Shown here: piece by piece, positions 1 through 8,750 of the stretch
How positions within the stretch are numbered: position 1 is the stretch's first letter
How the letters are laid out: every line of letters starts with the position of its first letter
Assembly (NCBI GenBank): GCA_003506795.1
Contig: DNYO01000002.1
Location: 1-47,424, forward strand
DNA: 47,424 bases
Direction: 5' to 3'
Origin: Deltaproteobacteria bacterium
GTDB lineage: Bacteria > Desulfobacterota > Syntrophorhabdia > Syntrophorhabdales > Syntrophorhabdaceae
Position numbers and translations under genes: made by a program
Notes under the pieces: model-generated
The model's input: only the letters and a program-made list of their open reading frames with translations
What the model was told of the DNA's origin: nothing
Databases searched by the model: none

Positions 1-78
1 CGTGCATTTGGGCCTTGGAATCGTTCCGCAATATATCATATATTTATATTGTTGTCAATAGGATACAAGGAGTTAGAG

Positions 79-102
79 CCTTTTTCAGCAGACCCTAATT
101 AA
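79..102. repeat. 24-bp inverted-repeat copy (CCTTTTTCAGCAGACCCTAATTAA); candidate solo IS terminal repeat, partner of 47401-47424
   Basis: Read directly: 79-102 is the perfect reverse complement of the last 24 nt of the window. Those 24 nt start 13 nt after the stop of the ISL3-type transposase remnant. No transposase-like ORF follows the left copy; 103-419 holds only short ORFs. Confidence 0.6.
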
Positions 103-419
103 TACAGTCTAACTATTTTTTCTTTTTTGTTTCCTTCAAGCGGAGGGCGATTATATAAATAAACAATCTGTGGTGGGAAATAATTACAACGATCGGCGTC
201 TTTCTCATTGAAGGCAAGTTAATCGCGCTTGATGAGAATGAGTTGAGTTTTGTCTGTTTATATGCCGCAACGCCAACGGTTCTCGGCATATTCATGTGGG
301 ATAATGGGTCGACGATGATGCAAGGTCAATTTATGGTAATTCTACCAAAATAATTAGGGAAAGAGGAATTCTCCTTTTTTCAATTTACGATGATTTTATT
401 GGGGAGTTGAAGGAGAAAA

Positions 420-3400
420 ATGATGTTCAATGGAAAAATATCGGCCCATATATTCTTTATTATTGTATGTATTGCCGCTATTGGAGCGAAGATAGGTCAT
501 GGTCAGGCGATATCGTCGGTAGAGCAGCTGAATTATTGTTCGAATGGCGACGATAATCTCAATGAAATTGGGATAATTAATAATTATATATCACATTATG
601 CGAGCGTTTACTCCATTCCCAAGCGCATTCTTCAATATATTGCCTATGAACAATCAAAATATATTCAAAAGGACGTTTCTATTTCCAAGAGCACATTCAA
701 TAAAATCGGCTTGATGGGCATAAACGTCAAGGATAAGAATGCCCACTATGAGCGGATGTTGTTGGGAGATAAAATATTTAATCCTTTCTTTTCTATGCAT
801 TCAGATGAGTCAGCCTCTCAGTTCGTTATAAAAGTTGAAGAAGAGATTGTAGATATAGAAAGACTAAAGAACGATTTTAAATATAATATCGATATTGCCT
901 GCAGAATAGTTTTAGCCCAAAAATGGCAAGATGGGGCTATTGTTCTTCCAGATTATTCTAACGATATCTGGGGAGATACGATCAGCCATGTTTATAGAGA
1001 AAGCCCGAACTCTCATCAAACAACAATTATCCCCGTTGAATATCTGTATGAGCCCTTTATAGGAATATATTTGAATGTTCCCCTCTTTAGACAGAGGCAC
1101 GAAAATAGTTGGTCATATGATTTGATGAATGGAAGCTGCACCATAGCTGAATATGGTTGCTTCATTTCCTCCCAAGCAATGGTCATGAACTATTTCCATC
1201 AAGATATTACTAACCCGAATGAGTACAATGAATGGCTTAATGATGAATCCGGATACACCAATGGATGCTACTATGTCGCAGGAAAAGCAAACGAATTTCT
1301 TAAAAGCAAAGGAATTACAACATTTACTGAGTATAATGCGAAATTATCGGGAACTCCCGCCGCCGATTGGAAAGATATTGACGATCAACTGTCTATAGGT
1401 CATCCCGCAATTATACAAGTTGACTGCGCCAATAAGACTTGTAGCCATTTCATCGTAATTGTCGGAAAGAACGACATTACAAATGACTACTATATGAATG
1501 ATCCGTATAACTATAACGAACAGCTTTATAGTTATTATCCCAATAAGGGTCTTGAATTCACTGGCCGTGCGATGTTCCTATACGGAACCACTGTCCCATT
1601 GAATGAGGAGGCACAATGTGACAGGAGCAGCAGATATCCCGTTTCGATAACAGGCTGGAATTCTGTACTAGGCGTTGCCGGTGAAGCGATAAACCGAGCC
1701 TATTTCTATACTACTGCTACTGATGCAGCTTTGTACGAAAACTATACTATTTGGGCAAAGTATAGATTGGACATGTCTGGATATTATCAAGTACAAGCAT
1801 TTATTCCGGGAAAAATTGGAAATCGCTCTCAAAATACTAAATATCTTATTAAGCATACAGATATCAATAAATTGCCCGTAGAAGAAGAAGTCATTATTAA
1901 TCAAAATGATTATTACAACCAATGGGTTTCTATTGGCAAACCATTTTATTTCAATGCGGATGATTTAGAAAGCTATGTCAGAGTAAATGATAATACTGGT
2001 GAGGATATATCGCTTGGGCGTCGTATAGTATTTGATGCTATCCGATTTGTGCCGAATAATGAATGCGATTATTCAATCGGTCAGAATACAACGGGGCTGG
2101 AATTATATGCCTTTCAAAATGCATATTCCATCGCGGGTGGCCGAGAAAAACTAGGATGCCCTATTAACTACGTCCAAATTAATGGATTTGTTTCTTTTAA
2201 GAATACGACTTGCCATTATCAGACATTTAGTAATGGTTCAATTCAGTACCATCTGCTCGGGGCCTATCAGTTCCGAGCATTCCCAATAGTAAACCCTCTA
2301 TATAATAAATGGGCCTCTTTGGGCTTTAATATCAACAATCCTCTAGGTTACCCAATAAGTGACCTATCATCCTCACAAATCTCAAGCAGAGGGACCGCTT
2401 ATCAATTTCAGGACTATGAGGGAGGCGCTCTCGAGTATCACAGAAGTGGTTCTTTCAATGGGCAGGTATTTGAAGTCCATGGTGAAATATTTAGTAAATG
2501 GAAGACAATGGGATATGCATCCCACTCTATCGGCTTGCCAATCAGTGATGAGAGAGAGGCGCTTGCGTCTTATAAGGGGACAAGTGGACGAGTAAGTGAT
2601 TTCGAAAACGGACATATTCATTGGCATAGAGATGGAGATCACTCAGGAAAAGCGTTCGAAACACACGGTCCAATTGATACCATATACGTTGCTGCCGGGG
2701 GGACTGGTGATGAGCTTGGATTTCCAATATCTGATCAGTATCTCGGAAACAGTGGATACCCGCGCAACGATTTCGAAGGCGGCTACATTACCACTATAGA
2801 CGGCGTGAACTATCAAATATTTTACAACAGCGGTTCCGTGTTATCTGTCGTTCCGAGTAATAGGGATGTTACTGCGATCGCGAGCACAACGACCTTCGCG
2901 GTCTCGAACACGGGAACGGGAACGATGGGTTGGACCGCTTCGGTTGTATCCGGCTCAGCATGGCTCTCGATCTCATCCGGCGCATCAGGCACCAATAGCG
3001 GGACGATCACGGCCTCGTTCACTTCGAATGGCTCGACAGAGAGCCGAACGGGGACGATCCGGGTCACTGCCACCGGAGCAACGGGGAGTCCCAGGGATGT
3101 AACCGTGACCCAGGCAGGGACGGCAACGCAGCCAATACTCGCAGTAGCTCCAGAAAGCCGTTCCGTATCCTCGCCATCCGGAACAACAACTTTTTCTGTC
3201 TCAAATACCGGAACTGGTACGATGAACTGGACGGCTACGGTTGTATCCGGCTCGGCATGGCTCTCGATCTCTTCCGGTTCATCAGGGACCAATAGCGGGA
3301 CGATCACGGCCTCGTTCACTTCGAATGGATCCACGGAGAGCCGGACGGGGACGATCCGGGTCACTGCCACAGGAGCGACGGGGAGTCCCAAGGACGTAAC

Positions 3401-6400
3401 CGTGACCCAGGCAGGGACGGCCACCCAACCAATATTAGCAGTCACTCCGGACGGCCGCTCAGTATCATCGCTATCCGGAACAACGACCTTCGCGGTCTCG
3501 AACACGGGCACGGGAACGATGGGTTGGACCACTTCGGTCGTATCCGGCTCAGCATGGCTCTCGATCTCTTCCGGTTCATCAGGCACCAACAGCGGGACAA
3601 TCACGGCCTCGTTCATTTCGAATGGCTTGGCAGAGAGCCGAACGGGGACGATCCGGGTCACCGCCACCGGAGCAACGGGGAGTCCCAAAGACGTGACGGT
3701 CACCCAAGCAGGGACGTCCACCCAGCCAATACTCGCAGTAGCTCCAGAAAGCCGTTCCGTATCCTCGCCATCCGGAACAACGACCTTCGCGGTCTCGAAC
3801 ACGGGCACGGGAACGATGGGTTGGACCACTTCGGTTGTATCCGGCTCAGCATGGCTCTCGATCTCTTCCGGTTCATCAGGCACCAACAGCGGGACGATCA
3901 CGGCCTCGTTCACTTCGAATGGCTCGACAGAGAGCCGAACGGGGACGATCCGGGTCACTGCTACCGGAGCGACGGGGAGTCCCAAGGACGTGACGGTCAC
4001 CCAAGCGGGAGTTGTTCAAACTGGAATACTGAGGGTAACACCAGAGTATTGGCCGGCCACTCCCTCGGCTGGGACGGCGACATTTGAAGTTGTTAATGCC
4101 GGCTCAGGAACCATGAATTGGACGGCCTCGGTCGCCTCCGGCTCCTCCTGGCTTTCTATCCAATCAGGATCCTCGGGAACGAATAACGGATTGATCACCG
4201 TGAGCTACTCCTACAACGGAGAACCCGCAGCCCGTACCGGCTCGATTATTGTAACTGCCGCCGGAGCTACTGGAAGCCCGGCGCAGTTGACCGTTTTTCA
4301 GGAATCCGAGTCCGTCGAGGGCAGGTATCTCGATTGGACTCAAAAGACGCCCATGCCGGTCGGCAAAGTCAATGCGGCCTGCGCCGTCGTAGATGGGATT
4401 GTCTACGTTATCGGCGGGAATTCCCGATTTACGGTCTATGCCTATAATCCCGTTGCGGACACGTGGACCCAAAAAGCCGATCTCCCCATGGACGGAATCG
4501 ATGAGGGCGGTGCCGTCAGCATCAACAACAAGATCTACGCTATGGGACCGCCGTCGAATTCCGTCTTTTCCTATGATCCTGCAAAAGATGCTTGGACCTT
4601 CCTCTCGACCATGCCAAATCCGCGTCGCGGTGCTTCGGTTCTCGCCGTCGACGAGAAGATCTATATCATAGGCGGATTCGATTCGGGCTACTCCATTGTG
4701 GAGGAATTCAATCCATTCACGAATGTATGGACGCGGAAAACGGATATGCCGACTGGTCGGGGATTCTCGGCCTCGGCTGCCATCGGAAATGAAATCTATG
4801 TGTACGGCGGTCATGTGGGCGGCAGCTGGGATGTGTTGGAGGCCTATGATACAGCCACCGATACTTGGCAAAGCTTCTCGTTCAAGTTCGACTATCCGAC
4901 GCCGAAATCTCTTGCCTCGGCGATTTCCATCCACGGACGCATGTATGTCATTGGCGGAAGATTCGCAGATGCTTCAGCAATCGTCGACGCATACTATCCC
5001 GATTCGAACGCTTGGAGACAGAAAAATTCTCTATTGGTGCCGCGGATCGGTCACGTTTCGGCTCTTGTGGGCGGGCATATCTACGTCATTGGCGGTTCGG
5101 ATGGCAACAATAATATTGCCTCCGTGGAAGAGGGTATATTTTCCGGGGGGTATGACCAATACCTGATTTCCGGGAACGTGAGCCTGGATGGTCAGGGACT
5201 TGCTGGTGTCATCATCAACGGTCTTCCGGGTGCGCGCACGGATGCGAATGGAAATTATAAAAAGCTCGTCGATTGGGGATGGACGAGTGAGGCGGTCCCG
5301 GCCAAGGCAGGGTATTCCTTCGTTCCTTCCAGCCGGACCCATTTCTATATCCGGGAGGACCAGCCAGGTCAGGACTATACGGCCGAAACAATCGTCTCTG
5401 CGGCTTCCATCACGGTAACAACGCCGAACGGCGGCGAGGTTTGGCCCGGAGGCTCAACCCAGAACATACAGTGGAATTCAACCGGCGAAATTCCAAACGT
5501 GAAGATCGAATATTCATCCGATAATGGAGTGAATTGGACGACCATAGCTGCTGAAACCGCGAATAATGGCGCATTCCCATGGGTACTTCCGAAAATCGCC
5601 TCGAGTCAATGCCTGGTTCGAGTGGTCAATGCTGCAGCGGAGACTCCCTCTGACGTCAGCAACGCTGTTTTTTCCATCACGGCCGAGGAATCGCCGATTA
5701 TCGGGCTATCTCGAACGGCGGTTCATTTCGGCATGATACAGAACGGCGATCCGACCAAACCGCAATCCGTAATAATCAGCAACCAAGGTGCGGGGATTTT
5801 ACAATGGACTGCTTCTTCGTCGTCTGATTGGATCTCAGTCAACCCTGCGAGCGGAACCGGCCCCGGTGTTCTAGAAATCGGAATATCTAGAACCGATCTG
5901 TCACCTGGTTCTTATGAGGGGGCTGTCACGATTTCTTCCCAAGGGGCTTCGAATTCACCTCAAATTATCAATGTGAGCCTTAAAATCATGGCCGAGGACT
6001 CCTCTTCTGTTCCCTTCGGCTCGTTTGACACGCCGCTCAACAACGCCGCCGTGATGAGCAGCATCCCGGTGACCGGATGGGCGCTGGACGATGTCCAGGT
6101 GGAATCAGTCAAGATCTATCGAAATCCCGTCGGTGCGGAGAATCCTCCCAATGGACGCGTTTTCATCGGCGACGGTACCTTCGTGGAAGGGACGCGACCG
6201 GACGTCGAAAAAATCTATCCGAACAGCCCGCTCAACTATCGGGCCGGCTGGGGCTACATGCTGCTGACCAACTTCATGCCCGGCGGCGGCAACGGGACGT
6301 TCACCCTCTATGCCTATGCGACCGACAAGGAGGGCCACGAAGTCTTGATCGGCAGCAAGACGATCACCTGCGACAACCTCCACGCGGTCAAGCCCTTCGG

Positions 6401-7190
6401 CGCCATCGACACGCCGACGCAAGGGGGAGAGATCTCGGGGGCCCTCTACTACAACTTCGGCTGGGCCTTGACGCCGATGCCCAACAAGATTCCGACCGAC
6501 GGCTCGACGCTGGGCGTCTGGATCGACGGGCAGTTGGTCGGACGTCCCAGGTATAACAATTTCCGGGACGATATAGCCGCTCTCTTCCCCGGCTACGCCA
6601 ATTCCCAGGGAGCGGTGGGCGTCTTCGACCTCGATACGACCGCTTATGAGAACGGGATGCATAATATTGCCTGGAGCGTCCGAGACGATGCGGGCAATGA
6701 GGACGGCATCGGAAGCCGTTTCTTCTGGATCCTGAACATCGGGAATCCGGAAGCGACGCCCCAGCGAGGCCGGCTCAAAGTTCTATCGGATCTGGAGGGT
6801 TATACCGACGTCTCGTCCTCGCCGACTATGTTTCGTAAGGGCTATGATAGGAACGCGGCCCCAAGAAAGCTTGCGGCGACCTCCGGACAGGAGCTTCGGC
6901 TTCAAATCCGGGAAGTCGAAAGGATGGAGATCGCATTTGGAGAAGCCGCGGGGAAGAGGCGCAGTGATCAGAACCCGGAGACTGGGGGAGACATCTCGAA
7001 TTGGGAAGGCTATCTCGTCTTTGGTGAAGAGCTGCGAAGCCTGCCCATTGGTTCGACTCTTAATTCTTCCGCCGGCATCTTCTCCTGGTTGCCCGGCCCG
7101 GGCTTTTTGGGGGATTACCGGTTGGTTTTCGTGGAGCGCTCGAACCATGTTCGGCGGAACCTCACGGTGAGGATCGTTCCACGCTCCTAG
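420..7190 (+). CDS. giant secreted multidomain surface/cell-wall-associated protein (2256 aa)
   Basis: Longest ORF in the window (ATG 420, TAG 7188-7190) with a hydrophobic signal-like N-terminus (aa 7-30, ...AIGAKIGHGQA). By-eye motifs in order: SLT-like AYEQS...GLMGIN (~nt 570-930); C39-like Cys/His peptidase pattern EYGC...GHPAIIQVD...SHFIVIVG...YMNDP (~1060-1590); golvesin-like beta-sandwich YQVQAFIP...QWVSIG...DAIRFVP (~1620-2055); LGFP-type repeats LGCPI/LGYPISD/IGLPISD/LGFPISD (~2080-2820); 5 x 99-aa BACON-like repeats (2823-4307); six Kelch blades IYVIGG/IYAMG/IYIIGG/IYVYGG/MYVIGG/IYVIGG (~4317-5145); CarboxypepD_reg-like segment (~5166-5385). Further Ig/BACON-like modules run to the C-terminus. 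The CDS call is firm; the domain names are from memory of family patterns. Confidence 0.85.
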   Translation: MMFNGKISAHIFFIIVCIAAIGAKIGHGQAISSVEQLNYCSNGDDNLNEIGIINNYISHYASVYSIPKRILQYIAYEQSKYIQKDVSISKSTFNKIGLMGINVKDKNAHYERMLLGDKIFNPFFSMHSDESASQFVIKVEEEIVDIERLKNDFKYNIDIACRIVLAQKWQDGAIVLPDYSNDIWGDTISHVYRESPNSHQTTIIPVEYLYEPFIGIYLNVPLFRQRHENSWSYDLMNGSCTIAEYGCFISSQAMVMNYFHQDITNPNEYNEWLNDESGYTNGCYYVAGKANEFLKSKGITTFTEYNAKLSGTPAADWKDIDDQLSIGHPAIIQVDCANKTCSHFIVIVGKNDITNDYYMNDPYNYNEQLYSYYPNKGLEFTGRAMFLYGTTVPLNEEAQCDRSSRYPVSITGWNSVLGVAGEAINRAYFYTTATDAALYENYTIWAKYRLDMSGYYQVQAFIPGKIGNRSQNTKYLIKHTDINKLPVEEEVIINQNDYYNQWVSIGKPFYFNADDLESYVRVNDNTGEDISLGRRIVFDAIRFVPNNECDYSIGQNTTGLELYAFQNAYSIAGGREKLGCPINYVQINGFVSFKNTTCHYQTFSNGSIQYHLLGAYQFRAFPIVNPLYNKWASLGFNINNPLGYPISDLSSSQISSRGTAYQFQDYEGGALEYHRSGSFNGQVFEVHGEIFSKWKTMGYASHSIGLPISDEREALASYKGTSGRVSDFENGHIHWHRDGDHSGKAFETHGPIDTIYVAAGGTGDELGFPISDQYLGNSGYPRNDFEGGYITTIDGVNYQIFYNSGSVLSVVPSNRDVTAIASTTTFAVSNTGTGTMGWTASVVSGSAWLSISSGASGTNSGTITASFTSNGSTESRTGTIRVTATGATGSPRDVTVTQAGTATQPILAVAPESRSVSSPSGTTTFSVSNTGTGTMNWTATVVSGSAWLSISSGSSGTNSGTITASFTSNGSTESRTGTIRVTATGATGSPKDVTVTQAGTATQPILAVTPDGRSVSSLSGTTTFAVSNTGTGTMGWTTSVVSGSAWLSISSGSSGTNSGTITASFISNGLAESRTGTIRVTATGATGSPKDVTVTQAGTSTQPILAVAPESRSVSSPSGTTTFAVSNTGTGTMGWTTSVVSGSAWLSISSGSSGTNSGTITASFTSNGSTESRTGTIRVTATGATGSPKDVTVTQAGVVQTGILRVTPEYWPATPSAGTATFEVVNAGSGTMNWTASVASGSSWLSIQSGSSGTNNGLITVSYSYNGEPAARTGSIIVTAAGATGSPAQLTVFQESESVEGRYLDWTQKTPMPVGKVNAACAVVDGIVYVIGGNSRFTVYAYNPVADTWTQKADLPMDGIDEGGAVSINNKIYAMGPPSNSVFSYDPAKDAWTFLSTMPNPRRGASVLAVDEKIYIIGGFDSGYSIVEEFNPFTNVWTRKTDMPTGRGFSASAAIGNEIYVYGGHVGGSWDVLEAYDTATDTWQSFSFKFDYPTPKSLASAISIHGRMYVIGGRFADASAIVDAYYPDSNAWRQKNSLLVPRIGHVSALVGGHIYVIGGSDGNNNIASVEEGIFSGGYDQYLISGNVSLDGQGLAGVIINGLPGARTDANGNYKKLVDWGWTSEAVPAKAGYSFVPSSRTHFYIREDQPGQDYTAETIVSAASITVTTPNGGEVWPGGSTQNIQWNSTGEIPNVKIEYSSDNGVNWTTIAAETANNGAFPWVLPKIASSQCLVRVVNAAAETPSDVSNAVFSITAEESPIIGLSRTAVHFGMIQNGDPTKPQSVIISNQGAGILQWTASSSSDWISVNPASGTGPGVLEIGISRTDLSPGSYEGAVTISSQGASNSPQIINVSLKIMAEDSSSVPFGSFDTPLNNAAVMSSIPVTGWALDDVQVESVKIYRNPVGAENPPNGRVFIGDGTFVEGTRPDVEKIYPNSPLNYRAGWGYMLLTNFMPGGGNGTFTLYAYATDKEGHEVLIGSKTITCDNLHAVKPFGAIDTPTQGGEISGALYYNFGWALTPMPNKIPTDGSTLGVWIDGQLVGRPRYNNFRDDIAALFPGYANSQGAVGVFDLDTTAYENGMHNIAWSVRDDAGNEDGIGSRFFWILNIGNPEATPQRGRLKVLSDLEGYTDVSSSPTMFRKGYDRNAAPRKLAATSGQELRLQIREVERMEIAFGEAAGKRRSDQNPETGGDISNWEGYLVFGEELRSLPIGSTLNSSAGIFSWLPGPGFLGDYRLVFVERSNHVRRNLTVRIVPRS
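2823..4307 (+). repeat. five tandem 297-bp coding repeats (99-aa BACON-like Ig modules) inside the giant gene
   Basis: Repeat units start at about 2823, 3120, 3417, 3714 and 4011 (period 297 nt). Units 1-4 are near-identical at the DNA level; for example ACGACCTTCGCGGTCTCGAACACGGG recurs. Unit 5 has diverged. The protein motif TTTFAVSNTGTGTMGWT..VVSGSAWLSISSG.SGTNSGTITASF.SNG..ESRTGTIRVTATGATGSP.DVTVTQAG is repeated. Confidence 0.9.
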
Positions 7191-7191
7191 A

Positions 7192-7292
7192 GTTGGGGGT
7201 CAGGTCTTAAGATTCAAGTTATCTCGCGACAAAAAACGTCGTTTAATGACACTGTTCGGCAATAGATATCTTGAATCTTAAGACCTGACCCC
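7192..7292. repeat. long hairpin made of two inverted copies of the GGGGTCAGGTCT repeat family, immediately after the giant gene stop
   Basis: 7196-7218 (GGGGTCAGGTCTTAAGATTCAAG) is the perfect reverse complement of 7270-7292. The pairing extends to 29 bp (7196-7224 / 7264-7292) with one mismatch. The loop is about 40-50 nt. It is followed by a C10 run (7295-7304), not a T-run, so it is not a classical intrinsic terminator. Confidence 0.85.
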
Positions 7293-7305
7293 TTCCCCCC
7301 CCCCG

Positions 7306-7446
7306 TCATTTTAGAAGCGTCGCCGCGATTTCACGCAGGCGGGGCAGCATGTAGAAGGGGAGGGACAGCAGCTTGTAAGCCTTACCCGCGGGCGTCCTGA
7401 CCTCTTCCATCCGCATGAGGCCCTCTTTGATCAAAGTTGCTACAAG
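7306..7446 (-). pseudogene. orphan C-terminal fragment, winged-helix-like (…LIKEGLMRMEEVRTPAGKAYKLLSLPFYMLPRLREIAATLLK*)
   Basis: This is my own translation of the minus strand. The open frame runs only from 7446 to the stop at 7306-7308. The GC-rich coding-like sequence ends abruptly at the AT-rich segment starting ~7441. There is no plausible full-length start. The family assignment is weak. Confidence 0.25.
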
Positions 7447-7553
7447 TTATGTCATAAGTAGGGCCATATTAATAACAAGTATTATCATTAAAATGAAAAT
7501 TTATCAGCGGCGATCCGCTCCAATGATAATGCCCTCATGACGCAAACTATACA

Positions 7554-7594
7554 TTGACTAATTTAAATGAATTGATATACTAGCAGATATACTA
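7554..7594 (+). promoter_or_regulatory. sigma70-like promoter candidate with a duplicated 9-mer over the -10 region, upstream of ATPase gene 7620
   Basis: TTGACT (7554-7559), a 16-nt spacer, then TATACT (7576-7581). GATATACTA occurs twice (7574-7582 and 7586-7594). GAGG lies at 7608-7611, ahead of ATG 7620. This is consensus matching only. Confidence 0.3.
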
Positions 7595-7619
7595 ATTAAA
7601 GTTATATTGAGGCAAAACT

Positions 7620-8750
7620 ATGTTTCAAAGGACGATTTCTCAAAATCTGCTCGACGGCCTGGGACAACCCGGGAGCGTCTTGATCCTCTATGGTCCCCGC
7701 CAGGCCGGGAAAACCACGCTGGTCCGGCATCTCTTGGCGGGTTTTCCCAAGGCCCTATCCTTTGTCGGGGACGACCTCTACACCCAGTCGCTATTGGCCC
7801 GGCACGAGCTGGAGCATTTGAAGCGGATCGTCGGCGGCGCGACAACTCTTTTCATCGATGAAGCCCAGCGAATCGAGAATATCGGCCTGACCATGAAGCT
7901 GCTCGTTGATAACCTGCCCGTATCCATCATCGCCTCGGGCTCCGCCTCCTTTGAGCTGGCCGATCGGCTGGCCGAGCCCTTGACCGGCCGGGCTCGCATT
8001 TTTCACTTACATCCCCTTTCCTGGGAGGAAGTCGCTGAGAAGTATCGGACGGCGGCGCCCGACGTGGCCCTGGAAGAGATGCTCCGTTTCGGCATGTATC
8101 CCCGCGTGCACACCCTGGGAAGCGACGCGGAGAAGGAAGAGTACCTCTACAACTATGTGAACTCCTACCTCTACCGGGATCTCCTGGCATTCGAGCAGGT
8201 CAGGAAACCGAAGAAGGTCGTCGACCTTCTCATCCTGCTGGCCCATCAGATCGGCCGAGAGGTGGCCGTGTCCGAATTGGCGAACGCCCTGGGCCTGAGC
8301 CAGAAGACGGTGGAGAATTATCTGGATATCCTGGAGAAGATGTTCGTCCTCGTCAACATCCGCGGCTTCAGCCGCAATCTGCGCAAGGAGGTGACCAAGA
8401 CCTCCCGCTATTACTTTTCCGATGTCGGAGTTCGCAACGCCCTGATCCATTCTTTCGCCCGGCTCGATCTTCGCGACGATAGCGGCGGACTGTTTGAAAA
8501 CTGGTTCATCATGGAGCGGATCAAGCAGGCCGGCAATCGGCGTTCCCATAAGGGCTTTTACTTCTGGCGCACCTATGATCAGCATGAGATCGACCTGGTG
8601 GAGGAGGCGGACGGCAAGCTGACGGGTTTCGAGTGCAAATGGTCGCCAAATCCACGGCTGAGAGCGCCGAAAGACTGGCGCCAAAGCTACCCCGACGCCG
8701 GCTTCGAGGTCGTAACGCGCGCGAATTGGATGGAATATTTAGAAACCTGA
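7620..8750 (+). CDS. AAA+ ATPase, AAA_14 + DUF4143 architecture (COG1373-type)
   Basis: 376-aa ORF. Walker A is GPRQAGKTT and Walker B-like is LFIDEAQ. The C-terminal half has the typical DUF4143 pattern (…YLYRDL…VSELA…LGLSQKTVENYLDILE…). An RBS-like GAGG lies upstream. Confidence 0.85.
   Translation: MFQRTISQNLLDGLGQPGSVLILYGPRQAGKTTLVRHLLAGFPKALSFVGDDLYTQSLLARHELEHLKRIVGGATTLFIDEAQRIENIGLTMKLLVDNLPVSIIASGSASFELADRLAEPLTGRARIFHLHPLSWEEVAEKYRTAAPDVALEEMLRFGMYPRVHTLGSDAEKEEYLYNYVNSYLYRDLLAFEQVRKPKKVVDLLILLAHQIGREVAVSELANALGLSQKTVENYLDILEKMFVLVNIRGFSRNLRKEVTKTSRYYFSDVGVRNALIHSFARLDLRDDSGGLFENWFIMERIKQAGNRRSHKGFYFWRTYDQHEIDLVEEADGKLTGFECKWSPNPRLRAPKDWRQSYPDAGFEVVTRANWMEYLET

Noticed and set aside
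113-295. 60-aa minus-strand ORF near the left IR
   Set aside because: It is short, ends in a poly-Lys from an A/T run, has no RBS and no similarity I recognise. It is not an ISL3 N-terminal domain.
351-360. TAATTAGGGA partial match to the IS terminal repeat, considered as the second end of a MITE with 79-102
   Set aside because: Only ~9 nt match, in AT-rich sequence, and the remaining 15 nt do not align. This is consistent with chance.
2822-4000. 392-aa ORF on the minus strand
   Set aside because: It lies exactly antisense to the tandem BACON-like repeats of the giant gene. Its own periodic, low-complexity sequence is a by-product of those repeats, and the plus-strand frame has clear domain motifs.
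2823-4307. Regular repeat array considered as a CRISPR
   Set aside because: The units are 297 bp, contiguous with no spacers, and in-frame coding within a long ORF. There is no leader and there are no cas genes.
7192-7292. Hairpin considered as an integron attC site or a classical intrinsic terminator
   Set aside because: The 5' GTTGGGG / 3' …GACCCC ends are in the wrong order, and the last base does not fit the RYYYAAC…GTTRRRY attC core arrangement. No intI gene is present. No T-run follows the stem; a C10 run follows instead.
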